A stretch of 64,000 nt of DNA from Desulfotignum sp. Its GTDB lineage: Bacteria; Desulfobacterota; Desulfobacteria; Desulfobacterales; Desulfobacteraceae. Every line of letters starts with the position of its first letter. Position 1 is the stretch's first letter. Positions 18,047 through 27,844 of the stretch are shown piece by piece. The stretch covers positions 2,601 through 66,600 of the forward strand of contig JBFLKI010000154.1 in assembly GCA_040883135.1 (NCBI GenBank). Reading direction: 5' to 3'. The notes beneath the pieces were generated by a model. That model was not told the origin of the DNA. It was given only the letters and a program-made list of their open reading frames with translations, and ran no database searches. The translations under genes were made by a program, and so were the position numbers.

Positions 18047-18628
18047 ATGATCATGACACCCAACAGATCACCCGCTAGCGGCCCAACCGTGCTGGATCTG
18101 CGGGGAAGACAGTCTGTCCGGGCGACATTCAAGCTGTCCCAGAAAGCCATCGATGCCATCGGACTTGTGGCGGTTCACATGGGCATCAAGCAGAAATCTC
18201 TGTTTGACCATATCATAGAAGATATGGATGCCATGGAAAAGCTGGCCCGATCCATCCGGCTGCCCCAGTTTGAAAAAATCCCCCGCCGCCAGAAAACCTA
18301 TGTCATGAGCCGCCGGACCGTGGATGCCCTCAGTGAAGTGTCCAAGGCCTTTGACATGCCCCGGGATGCCCTGGTGGAATATGCAGTCCATAAACTGGAA
18401 TCCGTGATTCAAAGTGAAAAACACCGCCATGAAGAGCGCAAGAAACTGGCCGCCGATGTGATGGCCCATTTTGACAGAGGAGAACAGCTGTACCGGTCCG
18501 TCACCCGGAACCTGGGCAAGGATGACCCGTTCAGCCGGCATCTGCGCAAATCGGTTCTAGCGGCCCGAAAAACAGCGGAAGATCTCCAGGCATTTCTGAA
18601 TAAAAGCCGGGTTCTGGAAGATTTTTAA
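18047..18628 (+). CDS. Hypothetical protein with two tandem ribbon-helix-helix-like modules and a charged C-terminal helix
   Basis: Internal repeat: RATFKLSQKAIDAIGLVAVHMGIKQKSLFDHIIEDM versus KTYVMSRRTVDALSEVSKAFDMPRDALVEYAVHKLE. Both follow a beta-alpha-alpha pattern. RBS AAGGAGG lies upstream, and the ORF is followed 17 nt later by the ABC ATPase gene. Confidence 0.6.
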   Translation: MIMTPNRSPASGPTVLDLRGRQSVRATFKLSQKAIDAIGLVAVHMGIKQKSLFDHIIEDMDAMEKLARSIRLPQFEKIPRRQKTYVMSRRTVDALSEVSKAFDMPRDALVEYAVHKLESVIQSEKHRHEERKKLAADVMAHFDRGEQLYRSVTRNLGKDDPFSRHLRKSVLAARKTAEDLQAFLNKSRVLEDF

Positions 18629-18645
18629 CCAAGGAGGTTGTTGCA

Positions 18646-19590
18646 TTGATTGAGATTCAAGACCTGACCAAATACTACAATGATTTGTGTGCGGTGGACC
18701 ACATCAGTCTGTCGGTCCGGCCCGGAGAAATTTTAGGACTCCTGGGTCCTAACGGTGCGGGCAAAACCACCACGCTCCGAATGCTCACCGGATTTTTCAA
18801 GCCTACGTCCGGACATATATCGGTTAAGGACCTTCACATGCCCGAAGATACCCTGAAAATTAAATCCATGATAGGATATCTGCCGGAATCCGCCCCATTG
18901 TACCACAACATGCTGGTGTATGATTACCTGACCTATGTGGCCCGGCTCAAAGGATTGACCGACCCGGCACGGCAAAACGAACAGTTTCATACCTTAGCGG
19001 ATCTATGCGGGTTGTCCGACATCATGCACAAACCCATCGCCACCCTGTCCAAAGGACTCAAACAACGGGTGGGACTGGCCCATGCCATGATGACGGATCC
19101 GGAAATCCTGGTACTGGATGAACCCACCTCCGGTCTGGACCCCAACCAAATCGCAGAGATACGAACGATCATCAGACGGATCGGCAGGGAAAAAACCATC
19201 ATCTTTTCTACCCATATTCTCAGCGAGGCGGAAGCCACCTGCGACCGCATCGTGATCATCAACAACGGTAAAGTGGTGGCGGATGATACCACGGCCCGGC
19301 TCAAGCAGGGTGCGCTTCAGGAAAATCTGATCCGCCTGGCCCTGAAAGGGCCGGATATGAAAACCGCCCGTCAGCTTCTGGCGGATATGGATCCGACCCT
19401 GTCCGTCAACGCCCTGCCCCCTGACTCGGAAAACCTGGTACGCTTTGAAATCCAGAGCCCGCCTGACCGGGATGTTCGGCCGGACATCTATCTAAAAATC
19501 AGGGAAACCGACTGGATTATCATGGAACTAGCCAAAGAGACCCAGGCACTTGAACACATATTTCAGAAACTGACCCGGGAGGACGCCTGA
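18646..19590 (+). CDS. ABC transporter ATP-binding protein (ABC-2 / GldA-like)
   Basis: TTG start. Walker A GPNGAGKTT, signature LSKGLKQRVGLA, Walker B ILVLDEPTSGLD. Confidence 0.9.
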   Translation: MIEIQDLTKYYNDLCAVDHISLSVRPGEILGLLGPNGAGKTTTLRMLTGFFKPTSGHISVKDLHMPEDTLKIKSMIGYLPESAPLYHNMLVYDYLTYVARLKGLTDPARQNEQFHTLADLCGLSDIMHKPIATLSKGLKQRVGLAHAMMTDPEILVLDEPTSGLDPNQIAEIRTIIRRIGREKTIIFSTHILSEAEATCDRIVIINNGKVVADDTTARLKQGALQENLIRLALKGPDMKTARQLLADMDPTLSVNALPPDSENLVRFEIQSPPDRDVRPDIYLKIRETDWIIMELAKETQALEHIFQKLTREDA

Positions 19591-19592
19591 TC

Positions 19593-20297
19593 ATGTCACA
19601 AATCAAAATCATTGCATTGAAAGAGTTCAAGGATTATTTCATATCCCCCATTGCCTACATTGTGATCGCCCTGTTTCTCATCGTGACCGGATGGTTTTTC
19701 TTCTCCACCTTTTTCATATACAGCCGGGCGGACCTGCGGGATTTTTTCGCACTTTTGCCCATGACGTTCTCATTTTTTGTCCCTGCCATCACCATGCGCC
19801 TCTTTGCGGAAGAAAAGAACGTGGGGTCCTATGAAACCCTGTTGACCCTGCCGATATCATTTGGCCACATCGCTTTGGGGAAATTTATTGCCGCCACGAT
19901 GTTCACCTGTACCATGCTGGTGCCCACGGTGTCCTATCCGGTGTTCATCTCCTTTATCGGGGATCTGGACTGGGGTCCGGTGGCCGGGGGATATATCGGG
20001 GCCATGTTTCTGGCGGGTGCCTACTGCGCCATAGGGTTGTTTGCATCAGCATTGACCCGCAACCAGATCATCGCATTCATTATCGGATGTGCACTGTGCT
20101 TCACGCTGACCATCATCAACCGGATGCTGTTTTTCATGCCTCCCAAAATTGTGGCACTCATCGAATATCTCGGGGCCAATTCCCATTTTGCCAATTTTTC
20201 AAAAGGGGTCCTGGATACCCGGGACATCATCTATTTCCTCAGCCTGATATCCATTTTTCTCTTTTCCACCCATCTGGTGATGCAGGAAAAAAACTAA
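19593..20297 (+). CDS. ABC-2 type permease (GldF-like)
   Basis: A 234-aa polytopic membrane protein that directly follows the ATPase gene, with a 2-nt gap. Confidence 0.8.
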   Translation: MSQIKIIALKEFKDYFISPIAYIVIALFLIVTGWFFFSTFFIYSRADLRDFFALLPMTFSFFVPAITMRLFAEEKNVGSYETLLTLPISFGHIALGKFIAATMFTCTMLVPTVSYPVFISFIGDLDWGPVAGGYIGAMFLAGAYCAIGLFASALTRNQIIAFIIGCALCFTLTIINRMLFFMPPKIVALIEYLGANSHFANFSKGVLDTRDIIYFLSLISIFLFSTHLVMQEKN

Positions 20298-20306
20298 GGA
20301 GACGTC

Positions 20307-22517
20307 ATGGGAGTTTTCAAAGAAAATTATATCAAATTTATATTATATATGGCTGTCATCATTCTGGTGAACCTGGCCGGACTGACGCTTTTTTTCAGAG
20401 CCGATTTGACAGTCAACAAAATCTTTTCTCTGTCCGAAGCCAGTAAAAAAGCGGCCGCCACCCTGTCTGAACCCTTGAGCATCAAGGTGTTTTTTTCCAA
20501 AAACCTGCCAGCCCCCCACAACAATACAGAACGGTACCTCAAGGATCTGCTGGATGAATACGCAGCCAGGGCCGGCCGCCTGTTCAACTACCAGTTCTAC
20601 AATGTTTCCTCCGAAGAAGGGGATTTGAGCGCCAAGGCCGTGGAGAACCGGGAACTGGCCAAAAGTTACGGCATCTCTCCCATCCAGATACGAATCATGG
20701 AAAATGATGAGCTTAAATTTCAGAATGTCTACATGGGCATGGTGCTCATCCATGGGGATCTCATCGAGAAAATCAATGCCGTCACCTCCACGGATGGTCT
20801 GGAATACCGGTTGACCACCGCCATCCAGAAACTCAACAACAAGGTCTCGGCCCTGCTGCGTCTGGAAGACCCCATCGAGGCCACCCTGTATTTATCTTCT
20901 TCCCTGGACGACATCGCCCCGCTGATCGGACTCAATGACCTGCCGGATCTGAAAAATACCGTGAAAAAGACCATTGACGGCATCAACGCCAAAAGCCGGA
21001 ACATACTGTCGTTCACCCACCGGGACATCACCGACAAACAGACCCTGACCGACATCGGAAAAAAATACGACCTGATGGCCCTCTCCTGGCCGGATATTCC
21101 GAAAAACGGCATTCAAGCCGGTCAAGGGGCGGCCGGACTGGTGCTGACCTATCAGGAGCAGTCGGCCAGCCTGCCGCTCATCAGTGCTGTTGATCTGCCC
21201 ATCATCGGCACCACCTATCAGATGGCGGATCCGGAAACACTGGAACAGGATATCCTGGACATCATGGAAAAAATGATCGGCATCAACCAGGACATCGGTT
21301 ATCTGGCGGATCACGGCACCCCGACCCTGGGTCCGGACCGCATGGCCATGATGCAGGGCGGATCCGGGGGCGGTATGGAGGTGTTCAACGACCTGGTGTC
21401 CGACCGGTACAACATCCGACAGATCGCTCTCAAAGACCAGACGATTCCCGACGGTCTCAACTGCCTCATTATTGCCAAACCCACGGAACCGTTTTCCGAT
21501 TATGCGCTGTTCCAGATCGATCAGGCGTTGATGAAAGGGACCAATATCGCATTTTTCAGTGATGCGTTCAATGAAATAGCCCCCCGGGGCGGCATGGGCA
21601 TGCCCCAGTACATCCCCCTGGATACGGGGCTGGAAAAACTGCTGGCCCATTACGGCATCACCATGACACCGGCATATGTGATGGACAAATCCGCCTACAA
21701 ACACCAGCCCCGGGAAGGGGGGGAGCAGGTGATCTATTTCGCACCCATGCTCAAGGAAGATACCATCAACAACTCGCCCTCTTTCATGCACAATATCAAA
21801 GGCATCATCACCATGCAGGCCTCTCCGCTGTCCCTGGTGACGGACAGCACGGCATCCGGCGATGTGACCGCCACCCGGCTCTTAAGCAGTTCAAAGGAAT
21901 CCTGGCTCATGGAAGGCAATATCAACCTGAATCCCATGTTCATCTCACCGCCTGAATCAGCCCATGAAATGGACAGTTATGATCTCGCCTGGCTGCTGGA
22001 AGGAACCTTTACCAGCTATTTCAAAGACAAGCCCATTCCTGAAAAAGAAACCGGGGAGACCGATATTGAAAAATCCGTTGAGACCGCAGTTGATGGTTCT
22101 GAAACAGCCGCGCCCGTGAAAACAGATCAAAATGCCTCCGATCCGGTACCCCCGGCAGACTCCCCGGAAGTGATTGCGGAAAACCGGATGCTGGAAACCT
22201 CCCGTCCGGCCAAAATATTCGTGCTGGGGTGTTCCCAGATGCTGATGGACAACATGCTGGACCCGGAAGGCCGGACCACCAATGCGACATTTATTTTAAA
22301 CGCCATCGACCATTTGAACGGCAATGACGAGATTGCCGCCATGCGGAGCAAACAGCAGACGCTCAACCCACTTGCCGACACCTCCCCCATGATCCGGGGC
22401 GTGATCAAGTCCCTGAACATCGCTGGATTGCCCTTACTGGTATTTGTGTTCGGCCTGATCGTCTGGGCGGCCGGAAACGCCCGGCGGAAAAGAATTGCCA
22501 ATCAGTTCAAATCATAA
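20307..22517 (+). CDS. GldG-like ABC transporter auxiliary protein
   Basis: 736 aa with an N-terminal TM, a large extracytoplasmic body and a C-terminal TM (GLPLLVFVFGLIVWAAG). Its architecture and its position after the GldA/GldF-like genes fit the GldG family. Confidence 0.75.
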   Translation: MGVFKENYIKFILYMAVIILVNLAGLTLFFRADLTVNKIFSLSEASKKAAATLSEPLSIKVFFSKNLPAPHNNTERYLKDLLDEYAARAGRLFNYQFYNVSSEEGDLSAKAVENRELAKSYGISPIQIRIMENDELKFQNVYMGMVLIHGDLIEKINAVTSTDGLEYRLTTAIQKLNNKVSALLRLEDPIEATLYLSSSLDDIAPLIGLNDLPDLKNTVKKTIDGINAKSRNILSFTHRDITDKQTLTDIGKKYDLMALSWPDIPKNGIQAGQGAAGLVLTYQEQSASLPLISAVDLPIIGTTYQMADPETLEQDILDIMEKMIGINQDIGYLADHGTPTLGPDRMAMMQGGSGGGMEVFNDLVSDRYNIRQIALKDQTIPDGLNCLIIAKPTEPFSDYALFQIDQALMKGTNIAFFSDAFNEIAPRGGMGMPQYIPLDTGLEKLLAHYGITMTPAYVMDKSAYKHQPREGGEQVIYFAPMLKEDTINNSPSFMHNIKGIITMQASPLSLVTDSTASGDVTATRLLSSSKESWLMEGNINLNPMFISPPESAHEMDSYDLAWLLEGTFTSYFKDKPIPEKETGETDIEKSVETAVDGSETAAPVKTDQNASDPVPPADSPEVIAENRMLETSRPAKIFVLGCSQMLMDNMLDPEGRTTNATFILNAIDHLNGNDEIAAMRSKQQTLNPLADTSPMIRGVIKSLNIAGLPLLVFVFGLIVWAAGNARRKRIANQFKS

Positions 22518-22530
22518 AGGACATGCTGCC

Positions 22531-23484
22531 ATGAAAAAAGAATATCTTATTCTGATATTGATCATTGCGGCTCTGGCCGGTTATCTGGCTCTGAACAAAG
22601 AAAACCGGAATCATTATACCCTGCCGGACCCGCCGACCGTGGACACGGAAGAAATCAACCGTCTGACCGTGAAAAAAACAGAGCAGACACTGGATTTCAT
22701 TCGTACGGAATCCGGGTGGGTAGTGACAACACAATCGTATCCGGCAGACAGCACCGCCGTACGGCAGATGCTGGATGTCATTTCCGGGCTGACCCTGTCC
22801 GCGCTGGTCTCCGAAAAACAGGATGTCATCCGGTATGAACTCGACGATGCCCATCGTCTGGCCGTGACCGCCTTTAAGGGAGAGACCCCGGTTCTGTCGT
22901 TTAAAATCGGCAAAACCGCCCCCACTTTCAACCATACCTATGTGATGCTGGAAAATGACCCCAACATATATCAGGCAAATGACAGTTTCCGGTCCCATTT
23001 CAACAAATCCCTGGATGAATTCAGAGACCGGCGGGTGCTGACATTCCAGGAAGACCATATCAAGGCCATCACCATTAAAACCCCTGAAAAGGAGGTGGTT
23101 CTCACCGCCCGGGAGCCGGCAGACGATGATACCCGGGACCCAGAACCGGTTTTCAGTTACACGGACGGCACCTCTCCGGACCCGAAAACCTTATTAGACC
23201 TGCTGAATTCCCTGTCCGACCTTACCTGTGAGCGGTTCTTGCCGGATATGGATGCCGCCGGCATGGAATCATCGTCCCCGATTCTGATCATCCTCCTTGA
23301 AAACGATTCCACAAAGGTGCTGAAACTGTTCGAGCAAAACGGGGACGAACCGGTGCCGGCCACTTCCTCCATGAATGACCAGGTTTTTCTCCTGGAAAGC
23401 TATGTGGCTGAAGATATTATATCCTATGCCCATGACCTGGCCGGACTCACCCCTGAGGAAACAAAGGACCCGGCCAGCCCGTGA
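22531..23484 (+). CDS. DUF4340-like protein (signal anchor plus repeated beta-rich body)
   Basis: Starts MKKEYLILILIIAALAGYLAL.... Its position directly after gldG is typical for DUF4340. The family assignment is from memory of that architecture and needs an HMM check. Confidence 0.6.
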   Translation: MKKEYLILILIIAALAGYLALNKENRNHYTLPDPPTVDTEEINRLTVKKTEQTLDFIRTESGWVVTTQSYPADSTAVRQMLDVISGLTLSALVSEKQDVIRYELDDAHRLAVTAFKGETPVLSFKIGKTAPTFNHTYVMLENDPNIYQANDSFRSHFNKSLDEFRDRRVLTFQEDHIKAITIKTPEKEVVLTAREPADDDTRDPEPVFSYTDGTSPDPKTLLDLLNSLSDLTCERFLPDMDAAGMESSSPILIILLENDSTKVLKLFEQNGDEPVPATSSMNDQVFLLESYVAEDIISYAHDLAGLTPEETKDPASP

Positions 23485-24212
23485 ACCGGATTTTCAAATG
23501 GATATATCAACCTTATAAATGGCTGGTGGTCATTCCTTTCATGGTGACCATCACCCTGGTTCTGGGACTGATCTGCATTTTTGTGGGCGCTTTTTTTCCC
23601 CAGGATGCCACCAATACCCTCGCCGTCCTGTGGTCCCGTCTGGCCTGCGGTATTGTTCCTGTCAAAGTGACACTGACCGGCAGAAAGAATTACACGCCGG
23701 GACGGTCCTACGTGGTGGTGGCCAACCACCTGTCCATGGTGGACATCCCGGTTGTTCACGGGTTTATCGGGCTTCATATCAAATGGGTCATGAAACAGGA
23801 ATTGAGAAAAATTCCGGTTTTCGGTATTGCCTGCCATTATCTGGGGTGTATATTCGTTGACCGGTCTCATCACCAGGCGGCCATTGACTCCATCCGCAAA
23901 GCCCGGAAACGGATGTCTTCAAAAGCATCTGTTCTATTTTTTGCCGAAGGCACCCGGAGCCGGGACGGACAGGTGCAACCTTTCAAAAAAGGCGCGTTCG
24001 TGTTTGCCAGGGAAACCGGGCTGCCGGTGCTGCCGGTCACCATCAAAAAAACCCACGAAGTGTTGCCGCCGGACTCCCTGGACCTGGTTCCCGGCCCGGT
24101 GGAAATTATCGTGCACCGACCCGTATACATCCTACCCGGTGAAGCCGCTCCACTGGAAGACACCATCAACGCCGTCCGTTCCACCATTGCCGCCCCCCTT
24201 TCCACCGGATAG
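23481..24212 (+). CDS. plsC: 1-acyl-sn-glycerol-3-phosphate acyltransferase family protein
   Basis: HX4D block (VVANHLSMVDIP) and FAEGTRS block. GTG start in a GTGA overlap with the upstream stop. Confidence 0.85.
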   Translation: MNRIFKWIYQPYKWLVVIPFMVTITLVLGLICIFVGAFFPQDATNTLAVLWSRLACGIVPVKVTLTGRKNYTPGRSYVVVANHLSMVDIPVVHGFIGLHIKWVMKQELRKIPVFGIACHYLGCIFVDRSHHQAAIDSIRKARKRMSSKASVLFFAEGTRSRDGQVQPFKKGAFVFARETGLPVLPVTIKKTHEVLPPDSLDLVPGPVEIIVHRPVYILPGEAAPLEDTINAVRSTIAAPLSTG

Positions 24213-24358
24213 CGTCAGGCCCGCCACATAGCCTCCACCTCTCTCCACTTCTGAACCCACTTTCCTTTTCATCGTCTTTTTATCTCTATTTTATTGAAAA
24301 TAAAATACATCTGTTTTAATACACCTGTTATTTTTTTTGCAATTGATCCATTTTTTAC

Positions 24359-24387
24359 TTGACTTCTGTCCAATTTTTCGCAAGATT
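24359..24387 (+). promoter_or_regulatory. Candidate sigma70-type promoter of the dcw cluster (Pmra)
   Basis: TTGACT (24359-24364), a 17-nt spacer, then AAGATT (24382-24387). It sits ~60 nt upstream of the mraZ GTG. Confidence 0.4.
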
Positions 24388-24411
24388 GTGCCAAATGGTG
24401 GAGGAAAGTGG
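24388..24411 (+). promoter_or_regulatory. Three direct GTG(C/G) repeats at exact 10-bp spacing; candidate MraZ operator
   Basis: GTGC 24388-24391, GTGG 24398-24401 and GTGG 24408-24411, immediately downstream of the putative -10. Confidence 0.45.
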
Positions 24412-24446
24412 ATTTTTTACCCAAATCAGGGGAGTAGGCAAAACAC

Positions 24447-24890
24447 GTGTTTCGATCAAGCTCCTTTCATACCATCGACCCTAAGGGCAGAATTATCGTT
24501 CCAGCAAGGTTCCGGGACGTTCTCAAGGCTGATGAGGAAGAATACGGGGTGGTGGTGTCCATCAAGGACAAATGCCTGTATGCTTACACCTTCGGTGAAT
24601 GGAAGCAGCTGGAGAAAAAAATCCTGGCCGCCAAAAGTGCGGCCATGGAAAAATTCAAACGGTTTTTCCTGGGCAATGCCTGCCCGTTGAAATGTGACAA
24701 ACAGGACCGAATTTTGATTCCCCCCAGCCTGCGCACCTATGCAGGAATTGAAAAGGACATTGTCCTGGTGGGGGTTTTGGACCGGTTCGAAATCTGGGCC
24801 CGGGAACGGTGGGATCAGGAAAACCTGAAAATGGAGCAGGAACTTGAGAAAGAGGACGTAAGAGAGGAAATCGCTTCTTTAGGGCTGTAG
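24447..24890 (+). CDS. mraZ: Transcriptional regulator MraZ
   Basis: GTG start. MFRSSSFHTIDPKGRIIVPARFRDVL... with the second DxxxR-type SpoVT/AbrB repeat (CDKQDRILIPPSLR). Confidence 0.95.
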   Translation: MFRSSSFHTIDPKGRIIVPARFRDVLKADEEEYGVVVSIKDKCLYAYTFGEWKQLEKKILAAKSAAMEKFKRFFLGNACPLKCDKQDRILIPPSLRTYAGIEKDIVLVGVLDRFEIWARERWDQENLKMEQELEKEDVREEIASLGL

Positions 24891-24892
24891 CC

Positions 24893-25831
24893 ATGGGATT
24901 TGATCACACGAGCGTAATGCCGGCGGAGATCTTAGCGTACCAGAACCTGAAACCCGGAGACATCTGTGTGGACGGCACTCTGGGCGGAGCCGGCCATGCC
25001 CGGTCGACCTTGAAGGCGATTCTCCCGGGCGGACTGCTCATCGGGATCGATCAGGATCCGGATGCCATTTCCCACGCACGAGATCTGCTGGATCCGTTCA
25101 AACAACACATCATCCTGGTCCATGACAATTTTTCGAATCTGCCGGCCATTTTAGATGAGTATGATATCGACCATGTCAACACCATTGTGCTGGATCTGGG
25201 ATTTTCTTTCAACCAGATCACCCGGGCACACCGCGGATTCAGTTTCAACCGGGACGAACCTTTGGACATGCGGATGGATACCAGACAGAACATGACCGCT
25301 GACATTATTGTGAACACCTTTTCCCAGAACGCTCTGGCCGACCTGTTTTTCTCCTTTGGGGAAGAGAGATTTTCCCGCCGGATTGCCAAAGCCATTGTCC
25401 GGGAACGGATTGTGCAGCCTTTGAAGACCACCCGGCAATTGACTGACATCGTTCTGGATACCATCCCCGGATCACAGGCGGCCGGATCAAAAATCCATCC
25501 AGCCACTAGGATTTTCCAGGCGTTGCGCATTGCCGTGAACAGGGAACTGGATCATCTCACCCGGTTCATGGAACAGCTACCGGATCTGTTGGTCAAAGGC
25601 GGCCGGGTCTGTATCATCAGCTTTCACTCTCTGGAGGACCGCATTGTCAAACAGCATCTGAAAACCTTTGAATCCGGATGCACCTGTCCCAAAACCCTGC
25701 CCCAGTGCGTGTGCCACAAAAAACCGGTCATGAGATCACTTGTAAAAAAACCCGTGACACCCACACCCCGGGAGGTGGTCGCCAACCCCATGGCCCGAAG
25801 CGCCCGGCTCCGAGTGGCGGAAAGGCTGTGA
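24893..25831 (+). CDS. rsmH: 16S rRNA (cytosine1402-N4)-methyltransferase
   Basis: HTSVMPAEIL...DGTLGGAGHA...DLGFSFNQ...SFHSLEDRIVK. Confidence 0.95.
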   Translation: MGFDHTSVMPAEILAYQNLKPGDICVDGTLGGAGHARSTLKAILPGGLLIGIDQDPDAISHARDLLDPFKQHIILVHDNFSNLPAILDEYDIDHVNTIVLDLGFSFNQITRAHRGFSFNRDEPLDMRMDTRQNMTADIIVNTFSQNALADLFFSFGEERFSRRIAKAIVRERIVQPLKTTRQLTDIVLDTIPGSQAAGSKIHPATRIFQALRIAVNRELDHLTRFMEQLPDLLVKGGRVCIISFHSLEDRIVKQHLKTFESGCTCPKTLPQCVCHKKPVMRSLVKKPVTPTPREVVANPMARSARLRVAERL

Positions 25832-25832
25832 C

Positions 25833-26111
25833 ATGAATAACTCCGCGTTAAAATGGATGCTGATCCTCTCTGTTCTGTTCGGAGAACTGCTGCTCCATAC
25901 CTGGGTCCGCACCGGGGCCACCCAGTCAACCCTGGAAATATCTCAGGCCCAATCCCGGTTGTCAGACCTTTTGTCCTATCAAAAAGAACTCACCCTGGAA
26001 CGGGACCGTCTGAAATCGGACAACCGAATCATTGCCATTGGCCGCTCCCAGCTGGGTCTGACCGAAGAAGTGTTCAACCAGACCATTTTTCTTGGAAAGG
26101 ATATGGATTGA
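25833..26111 (+). CDS. ftsL: Cell division protein FtsL-like
   Basis: 92 aa with a single TM followed by a coiled coil. It sits in the canonical position between rsmH and ftsI, and its stop overlaps the ftsI ATG (TGATG). Confidence 0.7.
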   Translation: MNNSALKWMLILSVLFGELLLHTWVRTGATQSTLEISQAQSRLSDLLSYQKELTLERDRLKSDNRIIAIGRSQLGLTEEVFNQTIFLGKDMD

Positions 26112-27844
26112 TGGCTTCCCGAACCCCCGACAAAATCACCCGCCGGATCCGGTTTGTCCAGATTGTTCTGGTGCTCATTCTGACGGGGCTGGGGGTCAAA
26201 TCCTTTGATATTCAGATTCTCAAGGCCGGAGAATATGCCAAACGGGCGGAAAACGGGTATTCCCGGCATCTGACCATCAAGGGGGAACGCGGCCGGATCT
26301 TGGATCGGCACTGGAACAAACTGGGGGCCACCCTGGACGCCGTGAACGTCACCGCAGACCCGTCCCGCATCGAAGCCCCGGTGAAAACCGCCCGGGCACT
26401 GGCACCCCTTCTGGAAAAGACCCCGGAAGACCTGATCGAAAATTTTTCCAGAAAAAGTCGATACGCCCTGATTGCGGAAAACATCTCTCCGGATATGGCA
26501 CGGCAGGTGCGGATGCTGAAAATGCCAGGCATCTATTTCCAGAAAAGTTTCAAACGGTTTTATCCCAACCGGGAGCTGGCGGCCCAGGTCATCGGGTTTA
26601 CCGGAAAAGAGGATGTCGGACTGGAAGGTCTGGAATTAAAATACAATGAAGTTCTGGAAGGCCACTCCGTCACTGTCCGGGTCCGCCGGGACGGCACCGG
26701 CCGGATCCTGGACATCGACAGAAAAAAGCAGGCGGAACTGCGGGGCAACGATATTGTATTGACGCTGGACAAGAAGATTCAGCTTTTCACTGAAACCGCA
26801 CTGGAGGAAACAGTCCGGAAACATCAGGCAAAATCCGGCATGGCTCTGGTCATGCACCCTGCCACCGGCGAACTGCTGGCCATGGCCCATTTCCCCCGGT
26901 TCAACCCCAACAATTACAATGAATTCAACCCGACTCTGTTTCGCAACCGGGCGGTCACGGATGCCTTCGAACCGGGCTCCACCATGAAGGTGTTCACGGC
27001 AGCGGCAGCTCTGGAACAGGGGATGACACCGAATTCCATCTTTTTTTGTGAAAATGGCCGGTACCGCATCGGCAGATATACGATCCGGGATACCCATCCC
27101 CATGACTGGCTCACCATCGACCATATCATTGCCTATTCCAGCAATATCGGTGCGGCCAAAATCGCAGAAACATTAGGCAAAAATGCCTTGCATGACTGTT
27201 TGACTCGGTTTGGATTCGGAGACAGAACACTGGTGGAATGCCCGGGTGAAATCACGGGAAGTCTGATGCCGCCGCAACGATGGACCAGGATCGACACCGG
27301 TGCCATTTCCTTTGGCCAGGGCATCTCCGTATCCGCCATCCAGCTAATCACCGGCATCAGCGCCATCGCCAACAACGGTCTGGTCATGAAACCCATGCTG
27401 GTGAAACAGATTGTTTCCAACACAGGGGAAGATCTCCAGGTGTTTCATCCCACCGCGGTGCGCCAGGCAATCACCCCTCGGACGGCGGCCCGGATCAAAC
27501 ATATGATGGCTCTGGCGGTCCAGGAGAAAGGGACCGGCACCAAGGCCGCTCTGGCAGGATACGACGTGTGCGGGAAAACCGGGACCGCCCAGAAAGTGAT
27601 CCCAGGACAAAAAGGATATGCCAAGAATATCTATACATCGGTGTTTGCCGGTTTCGCTCCCCTTCAGAACCCCCAGCTGGCCGTGCTGGTGGTGGTGGAC
27701 GAACCCCGGAACAAATATTACGGCGGAGATGTGGCGGCACCGGCATTCAAATCCATTCTGGCTCAGTCCTTCAACTATCTGAGTATCCCCCCGGCCGACG
27801 GCAATATGGTGGCCGCAGTCACGGATAAGGGAGAGGCCCTATGA
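26111..27844 (+). CDS. ftsI: Peptidoglycan D,D-transpeptidase FtsI (PBP3)
   Basis: From ATG 26111 (MASRTPDKITRRIRFVQIVLVLIL...). Motifs STMK (GSTMKVF), SSN (YSSNIG) and KTG (CGKTGTAQK). The track's 86-aa N-terminal extension is the ftsL region read in another frame. Confidence 0.9.
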   Translation: MASRTPDKITRRIRFVQIVLVLILTGLGVKSFDIQILKAGEYAKRAENGYSRHLTIKGERGRILDRHWNKLGATLDAVNVTADPSRIEAPVKTARALAPLLEKTPEDLIENFSRKSRYALIAENISPDMARQVRMLKMPGIYFQKSFKRFYPNRELAAQVIGFTGKEDVGLEGLELKYNEVLEGHSVTVRVRRDGTGRILDIDRKKQAELRGNDIVLTLDKKIQLFTETALEETVRKHQAKSGMALVMHPATGELLAMAHFPRFNPNNYNEFNPTLFRNRAVTDAFEPGSTMKVFTAAAALEQGMTPNSIFFCENGRYRIGRYTIRDTHPHDWLTIDHIIAYSSNIGAAKIAETLGKNALHDCLTRFGFGDRTLVECPGEITGSLMPPQRWTRIDTGAISFGQGISVSAIQLITGISAIANNGLVMKPMLVKQIVSNTGEDLQVFHPTAVRQAITPRTAARIKHMMALAVQEKGTGTKAALAGYDVCGKTGTAQKVIPGQKGYAKNIYTSVFAGFAPLQNPQLAVLVVVDEPRNKYYGGDVAAPAFKSILAQSFNYLSIPPADGNMVAAVTDKGEAL

